DNA of 64,000 bases from an uncultured Chloroflexia bacterium (GCA_963822845.1 CAWGIY010000003.1:100840-164839), one strand, 5' to 3'. Positions 21,248 through 31,443 are shown, numbered from the stretch's first letter. The notes: generated by a model not told the origin, from the sequence alone. Translations and numbers: made by a program.

Positions 21248-21313
21248 GTGCGGCTTTCCCTTTTGTCAACGCAGGGCTAACGCTATGGCCCATCTTCCGT
21301 TAGTACCTTTGTG

Positions 21314-21363
21314 CCGGACACTGCGTTGGCGGCTCACGCCGCCAGGGCAGCCGCAGTGTCCGG
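21314..21363 (-). terminator. Long nested stem-loop downstream of the 21393 gene
   Basis: CCGGACACTGCG (21314-21325) pairs with CGCAGTGTCCGG (21352-21363). Inner hairpin TGGCGGC-TCAC-GCCGCCA. No U-tract. Confidence 0.4.
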
Positions 21364-21392
21364 CTCTTCCGTGCCCCGGGGTCCTCGGACGC

Positions 21393-21602
21393 TCAGCTCC
21401 GGCGCTCGTGCCAGTCGGGGTCGACCGGCGCGGTGGGGCCCACATCGTTCAGGGTCGGGCCGAGCACCCAGATCATCACGGCCAGGGCGATGGCGAAGAT
21501 GAAGAGGAGCACCGAGCCGGCCCACTCGTAGGTGAGGAACCAGTACACCGCGGCCGTGATGAGGACGAGGCCGGGGATGGCGGCGAACTTCAGCAGACGC
21601 AT
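21393..21602 (-). CDS. Small membrane protein (69 aa, two TM segments)
   Basis: MRLLKFAAIPGLVLITAAVYWFLTYEWAGSVLLFIFAIALAVMIWVLGP. The start was chosen at the internal ATG of ORF 21393..21680. Confidence 0.5.
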   Translation of the reverse strand: MRLLKFAAIPGLVLITAAVYWFLTYEWAGSVLLFIFAIALAVMIWVLGPTLNDVGPTAPVDPDWHERRS

Positions 21603-21621
21603 GGACCGATGATACCCATGC

Positions 21622-22191
21622 TCAGACGAGCCAGCCGCAGTCGGTCCGGCTGACGGGGGAGAAGCCGACAGTCGTCTCACCGATCGGGCGGACCCCCGTG
21701 TCGGGAGGATGGCTCAGCACGAGCGGCCGTGTGCCGAGCGTCCGGTCCGCGGCGCCGAGCGTCGCACGGCGGGTGCGGGCATCTGTCACCGGCGGGCCAA
21801 CGTCGGTCGCCTCGGGGAGGGCCACCGCGGTCGAGGCGCCCGCCGTCGCGCTGCGCGCCGTGATGACCGATCCGTCCGGGTAGCTCAGCCATAGCCCTCG
21901 CATGCGGGCGATGAAGTGCTCGGGCATGCCGGGGACCAGCAGATCGACGATCCCGCTGCCGCTGCGGCGATAGCCCCGTGGCCGCTCGTCGGGCCGGACC
22001 CGGTCGACGAAGGCGCGCAGGAGCAGCTCTTCGACGGCGACCTTGACGGCCTCCGCAGCCTCCACCGTCGACTGGCCACCCCGGAACACCGCGCGGCCGA
22101 CGACCTCCGGGCGGGTGCCGCCGCGCTCGGTCCGCAGCAGCTCGAAGACAAGCGTGTCGTCGGTGCGCGGGTCGGCGTGCTGGTTGATCAT
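21622..22191 (-). CDS. Hypothetical protein (189 aa)
   Basis: ORF with ordinary composition, lying 19 nt upstream of and in the same orientation as the small membrane gene. No motif recognised. Confidence 0.5.
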   Translation of the reverse strand: MINQHADPRTDDTLVFELLRTERGGTRPEVVGRAVFRGGQSTVEAAEAVKVAVEELLLRAFVDRVRPDERPRGYRRSGSGIVDLLVPGMPEHFIARMRGLWLSYPDGSVITARSATAGASTAVALPEATDVGPPVTDARTRRATLGAADRTLGTRPLVLSHPPDTGVRPIGETTVGFSPVSRTDCGWLV

Positions 22192-22255
22192 TCGGGGCGA
22201 GGATAACGCAGCGCCGGACCGCGGCGTCGCGTCCCGCGGCGTGCCCGCGCCTCGC

Positions 22256-22261
22256 TAGAAT
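22256..22261 (+). promoter_or_regulatory. -10 box TAGAAT(CGG) 8 nt before the ATG at 22270 (leaderless-type)
   Basis: TCGCTAGAATCGGTC is identical to the 15-mer at 57388-57402. Confidence 0.5.
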
Positions 22262-22269
22262 CGGTCGCG

Positions 22270-22626
22270 ATGAGCGAGGTCGATGCGGGCAGCTACCGCG
22301 AGATGGTCACGGCGCAGGATCAGCACCAGGTCGATGCGTGGGCGGCCGATCTGTTCATGGACTACGCAAAACGGATGGGCGTCGGGACCGCCATCGCGTC
22401 ATTCCGCAAGGCGGCCGGGCTCGACGAGCGCGGATTCCAGCGCGCCTTCCTCGTCGGTGGGGGACCGGACCACGTGATCGGGATCGACACCGCGGGCAAC
22501 CTGGCCGCGCCGATCTTCGAGCTGCCCAAGGCGATCGCCGGGCTGCGGCGGATCGATCCGAAGGCGCAGGAGAAGCTGGTCGACTTCCTCGTCGCCAACC
22601 GCGAGGTGATGAGCTACGTCGCCTGA
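22270..22626 (+). CDS. Hypothetical protein (118 aa)
   Basis: ORF with normal composition. A -10 box lies immediately upstream. No motif recognised. Confidence 0.55.
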   Translation: MSEVDAGSYREMVTAQDQHQVDAWAADLFMDYAKRMGVGTAIASFRKAAGLDERGFQRAFLVGGGPDHVIGIDTAGNLAAPIFELPKAIAGLRRIDPKAQEKLVDFLVANREVMSYVA

Positions 22627-22658
22627 GCCGCGACCGAGCGGCGTTCCCCGCCCGCGGG

Positions 22659-23663
22659 CTACTCGCCCTCGGCGCTGGCCGGGGTCCCCGCCCTGATGAT
22701 GGCGATCGCGTTCTCGATCTTGAGCTTCGTGATCGTCAGGTGCTTCGCGAAGTTCGCCCGGTTGACCTCTGGGATCTGCTCCATGAGCTCGGGCTGGCGG
22801 AGGATGTCGACGAGGTCGTCGATCCCGTCGGCGAGCTTCGAGCGAGCGCCCATCAGCGCGTCGTCCGCGGCCCGCGCGTCAGCTGCTCGCCCGGCAGCCG
22901 TCTTCGCCCGCCGTCTCGGCGTGCGCGCGGCATGAACGTTCTCCTCTTCCTCGACCTGGCCCGTGGTGCCCGTGATGATTCGCAGCTTCGCGAGTGACAG
23001 CTCGCCGGCCGCGATGCGCTTCGCCAGCCGACGGCGCTTGCGCTCGTCGCCGATCTTCATGAGCTCATAGGCGTGGCTGATCGTGTCCTTGCGCACGGAC
23101 ACGAGCTCGCGGACATCGGCGGGCGCATCGGTCAGGCGCAGCCGGTTCTCGATGTAGCCCTTGTCCTTGCCGACCTTCTGGGCGAGCTGCCGCACCGAGT
23201 AGCCGAACGTCTCGGTCATCTTGCGGAACATCGCCGCCTCCTCGAGCGGCGAGACATCCTCGCGCTGGAGGTTCTCGATGATGCTGACTTCGAGCGCCGT
23301 CTGGTCGTCGAACTCGGCCACGATGGCCGGAATCGTCTCCCGCTCCGCCATCGTCGACGCTCGCCACCGCCGCTCGCCGGCGATGAGCTCGAACTTCGAG
23401 CCACTGGGTCGGACGAGGATCGGCTGGAGCACGCCGTGCTCGCGGATCGAGTCGGCGAGCTCGGTGAGCGACTCCTCGTCGTAGGAGAGCCGCGGCTGCG
23501 CCGGGTTCGGCAGGATCTTCGCGACCGGCACCTCGCGGATCTGCGCGTGGGTGCCGCGTGACTCGATGAGCGAGACGATGCCCGGCGCGAGGTCGGCGGC
23601 CTGCGCCTCGTCGAATAGGCGGTGGATGTTTTCGCGGAACGCGGGACCCTTGCTGCTACCCAA
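22659..23663 (-). CDS. parB: Chromosome partitioning protein ParB/Spo0J
   Basis: ILPNPAQPR...L.ELADSIREHGVLQPILVRP....ELIAGERRWRA, followed by an HTH region. Overlaps the parA stop by 8 nt. Confidence 0.9.
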   Translation of the reverse strand: MGSSKGPAFRENIHRLFDEAQAADLAPGIVSLIESRGTHAQIREVPVAKILPNPAQPRLSYDEESLTELADSIREHGVLQPILVRPSGSKFELIAGERRWRASTMAERETIPAIVAEFDDQTALEVSIIENLQREDVSPLEEAAMFRKMTETFGYSVRQLAQKVGKDKGYIENRLRLTDAPADVRELVSVRKDTISHAYELMKIGDERKRRRLAKRIAAGELSLAKLRIITGTTGQVEEEENVHAARTPRRRAKTAAGRAADARAADDALMGARSKLADGIDDLVDILRQPELMEQIPEVNRANFAKHLTITKLKIENAIAIIRAGTPASAEGE

Positions 23664-24423
23664 GCTCGATCACCTCCTGGGCCAGGTCGCGGAACGCGCG
23701 CGCGGCCGATGAGTTCGTGGCGTACTCGGTCACGGGCTTGCCGGTCAGCGGCGCCTCGCCGAGCTTCACCGTCTGCTTGATCATCGTGTTGAAGACCCGG
23801 TGGTCCCCGAGCTGCTTGAGGTTCTCGAGCATCTCGCGCGCGAGCACGGTCCGTCCGTCGTAGAACGTCGGCAGCAGGCCGAGCACTTCGAGATCGTGGT
23901 TCAGCTTGATCTTGATCGTGTTGATGACCTTGATCAGCGCGGTCAGGCCCTTGATCGCGTAGTACTGCGTCTGCACCGGGATGATCACCCGGCTCGACGC
24001 GACGAGCGAGTTGATCGTCAGCAGCCCCAGCGTCGGCGGGCAGTCGATGATGACGACGTCGAACTGCCGGTCCGCCCAGCCGGCCAGCGCGTCGCGCAGG
24101 ACCATCTCGCGGCCGATCGCCGTGAACAGCTCGACCTCGGTCGACGCAAGCTCGAGCGTGGCGGGGGCGACCCACAGTCCCTGCGTCTCGGTCTCGCGCA
24201 CGATCTCGTCGAGCGCGATGCGGTCGTCGGAGAGGACATCCGCCATGGAAACACGGACATCCGACAGCGAGATGCCGAGCCCGACGGTGAGATTCGCCTG
24301 CGGATCCATGTCGACGCAGAGGACGCGATAGCCGCGCTCCGCCAGTGCGCCGCCCAGGTTGATGGAGCAGGTGGTCTTGCCCACTCCGCCCTTCTGATTC
24401 GCGATGGATATGACCTTGGTCAA
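23656..24423 (-). CDS. parA: ParA/Soj partitioning ATPase
   Basis: Deviant Walker A NQKGGVGKTT, then LCVDMDPQANLT. Proposed TTG start at 24423, 5 nt after GGAAGGTG. The longest ORF extends to 24510. Confidence 0.88.
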   Translation of the reverse strand: MTKVISIANQKGGVGKTTCSINLGGALAERGYRVLCVDMDPQANLTVGLGISLSDVRVSMADVLSDDRIALDEIVRETETQGLWVAPATLELASTEVELFTAIGREMVLRDALAGWADRQFDVVIIDCPPTLGLLTINSLVASSRVIIPVQTQYYAIKGLTALIKVINTIKIKLNHDLEVLGLLPTFYDGRTVLAREMLENLKQLGDHRVFNTMIKQTVKLGEAPLTGKPVTEYATNSSAARAFRDLAQEVIELG

Positions 24424-24465
24424 CGCAACACCTTCCGTGGGACGGGGGCGGGAGGAACGCAACCG

Positions 24466-24471
24466 ATGATA
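24466..24471 (-). promoter_or_regulatory. -10 box TATCAT(CGG) for parA
   Basis: Minus-strand GCGCCTATCATCGGTTGCG, ~43 nt upstream of the proposed parA start. Confidence 0.4.
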
Positions 24472-24500
24472 GGCGCCTCGACCGTTTTCGGACATCCGGG

Positions 24501-24570
24501 TTATCCACAACGTGGAGAAATGTCGATGTCGTTGTGCAAAGACATCGGTCTATACTCGGACTTGTCCACC
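24501..24570. promoter_or_regulatory. DnaA-box cluster in the parA / tRNA-Met divergent spacer
   Basis: Perfect TTATCCACA at 24501-24509. Inverted CGTGGAGAA at 24511-24519 (7/9 to TGTGGATAA). TTGTCCACC at 24562-24570 (8/9 to the high-GC variant TTGTCCACA). Confidence 0.6.
24551..24556 (+). promoter_or_regulatory. -10 box TATACT(CGG) upstream of tRNA-Met
   Basis: CTATACTCGG occurs 25 nt before tRNA-Met, and the same decamer occurs 13 nt before tRNA-Val (59905-59914). Confidence 0.45.
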
Positions 24571-24581
24571 GTCTTGCTCGC

Positions 24582-24654
24582 GGGCCCGTAGCTCAATGGT
24601 TAGAGCAACCGGCTCATAACCGGACGGTCGCAGGTTCGATTCCTGCCGGGCCCA
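24582..24654 (+). tRNA. tRNA with CAT anticodon (elongator Met type; Ile2/lysidine not excluded)
   Basis: Acceptor GGGCCCG/CGGGCCC with a paired 1-72, anticodon loop CTCATAA, T-loop GGTTCGATTCC. Lacks initiator features (no 1-72 mismatch, no GGG/CCC anticodon stem). Confidence 0.85.
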
Positions 24655-24683
24655 CACCACCGATCGCGCGAAGGAGTGCTTGC

Positions 24684-26234
24684 GTGTCGACGGCCGACAA
24701 GCTCCAGCGACTGGCCACGATGCGCACCGATGCGCGACAGGGCGGGGGAGCGAAACGGATCGACCAGCAGCACGCGCGCGGCAAGCTATCTGCACGCGAG
24801 CGCCTCGATCTTCTGCTCGACGACGACAGCTTCACCGAGATCGACGCGTTCGTCACGCATCGCGCGAGCGATTTCGGTCTCGACGAGGAGCGCTACCTCG
24901 GCGACGGCGTCGTCACCGGGTTCGGTCGCATCGACGATCGGCTCGTCTTCGTGTACAGCCAGGACTTCACCGTGTTCGGCGGCTCGTTGTCGGAGGCACA
25001 CGCCGAGAAGATCTGCAAGGTGATGGACCTGGCAATGGAGAACGGGGCGCCGATCATCGGTCTGTCCGATTCGGGCGGCGCGCGCATCCAGGAAGGCGTC
25101 GTGAGCCTCGGTGGCTATGCCGATATCTTCCTGCGCAACACCCTGGCGTCCGGCGTCGTGCCGCAGCTGTCACTGGTGATGGGACCGTGCGCGGGTGGCG
25201 CGGTGTATTCGCCGGCGATCACCGATCTCGTCGTCATGGTCGAAGGAACGAGCTACATGTTCGTTACCGGCCCGAACGTCGTGAAGACCGTCACGCACGA
25301 GGAGATCGACTTCGAGGGACTCGGCGGCGCGCGCGTCCACAACGAGACGAGCGGCATCGCGCATTTCCTTGCCGCCGGCGAGCCGCAGGCGCTCGAGCTG
25401 GCGCGCACGTTGATCGGCTACCTGCCGCAGAACAACGTCGACCTGCCGCCTCGTCGTGGGGAATGGTCGACGTCGTCGGTTGACGGCGCGGCACTCGACG
25501 CGTTGATCCCCGACTCGCCGAAGCAGTCGTACGACATGCACACCGTCATCGGCGGCATCGCGGACACAGCATCGTTCACCGAGGTCCACGAGCACTTCGC
25601 GCGCAACATCATCTGCGGGTTCGCGCGGGTGGAGGGTCGCAGCATCGGGATCGTCGCGCAGCAGCCCGAAGTGCTGGCCGGTGTCCTCGACATCGATGCG
25701 TCCGACAAGGCCGCCCGATTTGTCAGGACCTGCGACGCGTTCAACATCCCGTTGCTGACGTTGGTCGACGTTCCGGGCTTTCTACCCGGAGTCGACCAGG
25801 AGCATCGCGGCATCATTCGGCACGGCGCGAAGCTGCTGTACGCGTACTGCGAGGCGACCGTTCCGAAGGTCACGATCATCACCCGCAAGGCCTACGGCGG
25901 TGCGTACGACGTCATGAGCAGCAAGCATGTGCGGGGCGACATGAACTTTGCGTGGCCGACCGCCGAGATCGCGGTGATGGGCGTCGAGGGCGCGGTGAAC
26001 ATCATCTTCCGCGACCGCATTGCCGACGCCGGTGACGCCGACGCCGAACGCGCCCGGCTCGTCGCGGAGTACGAGGATCGATTCGCGAACCCGTACATCG
26101 CCGCCGCGCGCGGCTACGTCGACGAGGTCATCCAGCCGTCGGAGTCGCGGGCGCGTGTCGCCGGCGCGCTGGCGATGCTCGAGAACAAGCGGCAGTCGCT
26201 GCCACCGAAGAAGCACGGCAACATCCCGCTTTGA
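24684..26234 (+). CDS. pccB: Acyl-CoA (propionyl-CoA) carboxylase carboxyltransferase beta subunit
   Basis: 516 aa. GKLSARERLDLLLD...GVVTGFGRIDDR.VFVYSQDFTVFGGSL...GGARIQEGV.SLGGY. GTG start 7 nt after AAGGAG. The longer ORF start would run through the tRNA. Confidence 0.88.
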   Translation: MSTADKLQRLATMRTDARQGGGAKRIDQQHARGKLSARERLDLLLDDDSFTEIDAFVTHRASDFGLDEERYLGDGVVTGFGRIDDRLVFVYSQDFTVFGGSLSEAHAEKICKVMDLAMENGAPIIGLSDSGGARIQEGVVSLGGYADIFLRNTLASGVVPQLSLVMGPCAGGAVYSPAITDLVVMVEGTSYMFVTGPNVVKTVTHEEIDFEGLGGARVHNETSGIAHFLAAGEPQALELARTLIGYLPQNNVDLPPRRGEWSTSSVDGAALDALIPDSPKQSYDMHTVIGGIADTASFTEVHEHFARNIICGFARVEGRSIGIVAQQPEVLAGVLDIDASDKAARFVRTCDAFNIPLLTLVDVPGFLPGVDQEHRGIIRHGAKLLYAYCEATVPKVTIITRKAYGGAYDVMSSKHVRGDMNFAWPTAEIAVMGVEGAVNIIFRDRIADAGDADAERARLVAEYEDRFANPYIAAARGYVDEVIQPSESRARVAGALAMLENKRQSLPPKKHGNIPL

Positions 26235-27754
26235 GCGGCCCGGCGTCTTTGCGCACGGACATCCCGGCGCCACCATTCCAGCGCCTGCTCATCGCGAACC
26301 GCGGAGAGATCGCAATCCGTGTCATCCGCGCATGTCGCGAGATGGGCATTGTCCCGATCGCCATCCACTCCGATGCCGATATCGACGCGCTGCATGTCCG
26401 CCTCGCGGATCGGTCCGAGCGCGTTGGTCCGCCGGCGGCGCGCGACTCGTACCTCTCGATCGACGCCGTCATCGATGCGGCCCGCCGCGCCGGCGCAGAG
26501 GCGATCCATCCGGGGTACGGCTTCCTGTCCGAGGACGCGGCATTCGCACGGGCGATCGAGGCGGCGGGCCTCGTGTTCATCGGTCCGCCCCCGTCGGCGC
26601 TGGAGGCACTCGGCAACAAGCTGGCGGCGCGCCGGTCGGCGGCAGAGGCCGGTGTCCCGATCGTCCCCGGCACGACCGTCGCGCTCACCGATGATGTCGA
26701 AGCCGTTGCCGGCATCGGCTACCCGGTGATGCTGAAGGCGGCGGCGGGCGGTGGCGGTCGCGGAATGCGGCGCGTCGACGATGCCGCCGAGCTGCGGCCG
26801 GCGATGGAGGCGGCACGGCGCGAGGCCGAGGCGGCATTCGGCGACGGAACGATCTACGTCGAGCGCCTCGTCTCGCCGGCGCGCCACGTCGAGGTGCAGC
26901 TGCTCGGCGACCGACATGGCGCGCTGGCCGTGTTGGGCGAGCGCGACTGCTCGGTCCAGCGCCGGCACCAGAAGCTCGTCGAGGAGTCGCCGTCACCGGC
27001 CGTCGGCGAGGCGACCCGCGAGGCGCTCTTCGAGTCGGCCCGTCGAGTCGCTGGCACCGTCGAATTCCACAATGCCGCGACGGTCGAGTTCCTCGTCGCC
27101 GACGACGGCGATCACTACTTCCTCGAGATGAACACGCGCCTCCAGGTCGAGCACGGGGTCACCGAGCTCGTCACCGGACTGGACCTCGTTGCCTGGCAGA
27201 TCCGGGTCGCGGCGGGGGAGCGGCTGCCGGCAGCGGTTCTCGACGCGGAACCCCGCGGCCATGCCATCGAGGTCCGCCTCTACGCGGAGGATCCGTACGA
27301 CGACTTCCGTCCGAGCGCCGGACGGATCGGCGCATGGGTCATGCCCTCCGGTCCAGGCGTTCGCGTCGACGCTGGCATCGAGGCCGACACGGACCTGCGT
27401 CCGGAATACGACCCGCTCCTCGCCAAGCTCATGGTCCACGCCGGCGATCGGCCCGCCGCGATCCACCGCCTGCGACGGGCGCTGGACGAAACCCTCATCG
27501 GCGGCCTTCAGACCGATGCCGGCTTCCTGCGCTGGCTGGTGGACGACCCCGCGTTCGTCGCCGGGGAGTACGACACGTCGCTGATCGCGGAACGGTGGGC
27601 GAACGGACCACCCCTCGGTGAGGACGAGCGGGGATTGGCCGCACTGGCCGCGGCCGCCGCACGCCGTGCGCACCACGAGGGCGGCTGGGCACCGGCCCCG
27701 ACCCGCGGATCGGCGTGGGGCGAGCTGGGCCGGCGCGAGGGGCTGCGCGAATGA
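26231..27754 (+). CDS. accC: Biotin carboxylase subunit of acyl-CoA carboxylase
   Basis: LLIANRGEIAIRVIRACREMGI, HPGYGFLSE, GYPVMLKAAAGGGGRGMR, EMNTRLQVEH. TTG start overlaps the pccB stop. Confidence 0.9.
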   Translation: MSGPASLRTDIPAPPFQRLLIANRGEIAIRVIRACREMGIVPIAIHSDADIDALHVRLADRSERVGPPAARDSYLSIDAVIDAARRAGAEAIHPGYGFLSEDAAFARAIEAAGLVFIGPPPSALEALGNKLAARRSAAEAGVPIVPGTTVALTDDVEAVAGIGYPVMLKAAAGGGGRGMRRVDDAAELRPAMEAARREAEAAFGDGTIYVERLVSPARHVEVQLLGDRHGALAVLGERDCSVQRRHQKLVEESPSPAVGEATREALFESARRVAGTVEFHNAATVEFLVADDGDHYFLEMNTRLQVEHGVTELVTGLDLVAWQIRVAAGERLPAAVLDAEPRGHAIEVRLYAEDPYDDFRPSAGRIGAWVMPSGPGVRVDAGIEADTDLRPEYDPLLAKLMVHAGDRPAAIHRLRRALDETLIGGLQTDAGFLRWLVDDPAFVAGEYDTSLIAERWANGPPLGEDERGLAALAAAAARRAHHEGGWAPAPTRGSAWGELGRREGLRE

Positions 27755-28215
27755 CCGACCTCGAGACCCGCGTCGACGGCGAGCCGATCGATGCCCCGGA
27801 CGGCTGGCGGCTCGACTGGGTGGATGCGCGGCATGGCGTCGCCCGGCTCAGCGACGGCGAGCGCTCGTTGCTTGTCCTTGCGGAAGGACAGGGGACCGAT
27901 TGGACGGTCACGCTGCACGGTCGGCGCATCCCCGTCACCGTCCGCTCGTGGCGTGAGCGCATCCTCGCCGAGGCCGAGACCGAGGCGCGTTCCCATGCGG
28001 GTCCCATCGAGGTGCGCGCGACCCTGCCAGGCCTGGTCGTGGTCGTGGCGGTGGCCGCCGGCGACGAGGTCGAGGAGGGGGCCGCGCTCCTCACCATCGA
28101 AGCGATGAAGATGCAGAACGAGGTCCGCGCCCCGCGCGCCGGCCGGGTGGTGGAGGTCGAGGTCGTCCCCGGCCAGACCGTGGCGACCGGCGCCGGACTG
28201 CTTCGGCTGGAGTAG
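27751..28215 (+). CDS. Biotin carboxyl carrier (biotinyl/lipoyl-domain) protein
   Basis: C-terminal [17 protein letters not shown] biotinylation motif. ATGA overlap with accC. Confidence 0.8.
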   Translation: MTDLETRVDGEPIDAPDGWRLDWVDARHGVARLSDGERSLLVLAEGQGTDWTVTLHGRRIPVTVRSWRERILAEAETEARSHAGPIEVRATLPGLVVVVAVAAGDEVEEGAALLTIEAMKMQNEVRAPRAGRVVEVEVVPGQTVATGAGLLRLE

Positions 28216-28222
28216 GCACGGC

Positions 28223-28228
28223 TACAAT
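28223..28228 (+). promoter_or_regulatory. -10 box TACAAT(CGG) 9 nt before the ATG at 28238 (near-leaderless)
   Basis: GGCTACAATCGGTGGCCGATG. No Shine-Dalgarno sequence fits in the gap. Confidence 0.5.
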
Positions 28229-28237
28229 CGGTGGCCG

Positions 28238-29835
<1,598 letters not shown>

Positions 29836-29839
<4 letters not shown>

Positions 29840-30246
29840 GCATCGGGCCGATCCACCACGTCGCGATCGTGGTCCGCTCGATCGAGGAGGCCCTGCCGCG
29901 CTACCTCGAGCTCTTCGGCCTCGAGCCGGAGGCACCGCCGATGGTCTTCACGCCGCAGCGCGTGCGCCTCTGCTTCCTGCCGACCGGCCCGGAGCCCGCC
30001 GCGCGGCTCGAGCTCGTCGAGCCGATCGACGACGACAGCGGCGTCGCCCGCTACCTGGCATCCCACGGCGAGGGCGTCCATCACCTCTGCTTCGTGACCG
30101 ATGACCTGCCCGCCTCGCTCGAGGCGCTGGCCGCCGCCGAGGCCGAGCTGATCGACCGAGAGCCGCGGCCCGGGGCGCACGGCACGGTCGCCTTCGTCCA
30201 CCCGCGAACGCTCAACGGCGTCCTCTGGGAGCTCCTCGAGCGCTGA
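29836..30246 (+). CDS. mce: Methylmalonyl-CoA epimerase (VOC fold)
   Basis: [19 protein letters not shown]......VRLCFL......LELVEP......[22 protein letters not shown] overlap with the mutase. Confidence 0.8.
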
Positions 30247-30250
30247 TCCC

Positions 30251-30265
30251 TTATCGGTCCGATAA
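30251..30265. promoter_or_regulatory. Perfect 15-bp palindrome TTATCGG-T-CCGATAA upstream of the cNMP-binding gene
   Basis: Read directly. Lies 5 nt after the mce stop and 52 nt before the 30318 start. Confidence 0.3.
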
Positions 30266-30317
30266 CAGTTCGCACCGATGATGCGCGCCTCAACGGAGGA
30301 TCAAGAGGTAGGGCTCG

Positions 30318-30734
30318 ATGACCGTGACCGACACCGTCCTGCGCGGCGTGCCGCTCTTCGCAGGAATGACCGACCGGGCACTCGACGCGATCGCCGACCT
30401 GGCCAGCGAGACGACGTTCGACGTCGACGACGACCTCGTACGCCAGGGCAAGTCGGGTGACTCGTTCCTGATCCTGCGCAGCGGGTCAGCGCAGGTGCTG
30501 AAGGACGGGCAGACCGTCCGGGAGCTGGGGCCCGGCGACTTCCTCGGCGAGATCTCTCTCATCGACGGCGGCCCGCGGACTGCCACGGTCCGGGCGACGG
30601 AGCCGATCACGGCGCTCGTCATCGGGCGCGAGGACTTCGCGACGCTCCTCGAGCGTCACCCGTCGATCAGGCTCGAGCTGTTGATGGCGCTCACCGCGCG
30701 CATCCGTCACTCCGAGCGGAGCCCGACCGCGTAG
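30318..30734 (+). CDS. Stand-alone cyclic-nucleotide-binding domain protein (no DNA-binding domain)
   Basis: 138 aa. VPLFAGM....L..IA.........D..L.RQG..GDSF.ILRSG.A.V.....TV.ELGPGDFLGEISLIDGGPRTATVRA. Confidence 0.8.
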   Translation: MTVTDTVLRGVPLFAGMTDRALDAIADLASETTFDVDDDLVRQGKSGDSFLILRSGSAQVLKDGQTVRELGPGDFLGEISLIDGGPRTATVRATEPITALVIGREDFATLLERHPSIRLELLMALTARIRHSERSPTA

Positions 30735-30737
30735 CCC

Positions 30738-31277
30738 CTACTGCTCGATCGGCTCGCCGTCCGGCCCGAAGACCCACCAGACGTCGCCCTGGCCCTGGCC
30801 GTTCACGTCGCCCGCGGCTGCGTCACCGGCGAAGTAGTAGGCGGGGAAGCCGTTGATCGTCAGCTGGACGGTGCCGTCGGACCGCTCGAACGTGCCGAGC
30901 TCGGCATCGACGCCGTCGCCGGCGGCCTGGTCGTCGCCCGCCTCCACCGGCGGCCAGTTGGCGAGGCACTCGCCCTCGCAGTTGCTCACGCCTTCGGTGT
31001 CGTTCGCGAAGTAGTAGATCGTCAGGCCAGCCGCATCGGTGAGGATCTCGCCGAGGTCGGAGTCGGCGACGACGACGGTGGCCTCGGCCGAGTCGTCGGC
31101 GGAGGCAGTCGCGTCGGCGGTCGCCGTTGCTTCGACCTCCGTCGCGCTTGGCGAAGCGGTTGGTACGGGCTCGGTCGCCTCGGGTGTCGGGTCAGCCTCG
31201 CTGGTACATGCTGCAAGGACGCCAGCCATGGCGACGACGACCAGCGCGCGGCCCAATCGGACAGAAGATGGGGACAT
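30738..31277 (-). CDS. Secreted lipoprotein, Y-x-[FWY]-x-x-D repeat type (COG4315-like)
   Basis: Lipobox VLAAC after the signal peptide, a low-complexity linker, then LTIYYFANDT....C.G.CLANWPP and GFPAYYFAGD. The ATG at 31277 was chosen inside the longer ORF. Confidence 0.7.
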   Translation of the reverse strand: MSPSSVRLGRALVVVAMAGVLAACTSEADPTPEATEPVPTASPSATEVEATATADATASADDSAEATVVVADSDLGEILTDAAGLTIYYFANDTEGVSNCEGECLANWPPVEAGDDQAAGDGVDAELGTFERSDGTVQLTINGFPAYYFAGDAAAGDVNGQGQGDVWWVFGPDGEPIEQ

Positions 31278-31411
31278 GCGAATGCTCCGGTGTACTGCGT
31301 GGTCTCTACGAGTCCATCCGTGCCGCGTTACCCCGCCGACTTCGATGAACGAGAACTCGAGGTCGTGATGGACAACGTTTGGTGGGAGTACTCGCCATAC
31401 GGCGGGGCCCG

Positions 31412-31431
31412 CGTATATATGTATATACGCG
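31412..31431. repeat. Palindrome with A/T core GCGTATATA-TG-TATATACGC (copy 1)
   Basis: A 14-nt stretch containing a single G/C (TATATATGTATATA) in a ~70% GC context. CGTATATATGTATATACGC is identical to 40650-40668. Lies 13 nt downstream of the sucD stop. Confidence 0.7.
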
Positions 31432-31443
31432 GTGGGCGACGAC

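Noticed and set aside
22627-24581. parS sites (TGTTNCACGTGAAACA) near parAB
   Set aside because: The only CACGTG-containing candidates in the window (e.g. 5463-5478, 22470-22482) match at most about 10/16 positions and lie inside coding sequence. TCCACAACGTGGA at 24504-24516 has the wrong spacing and is better explained as paired DnaA boxes.
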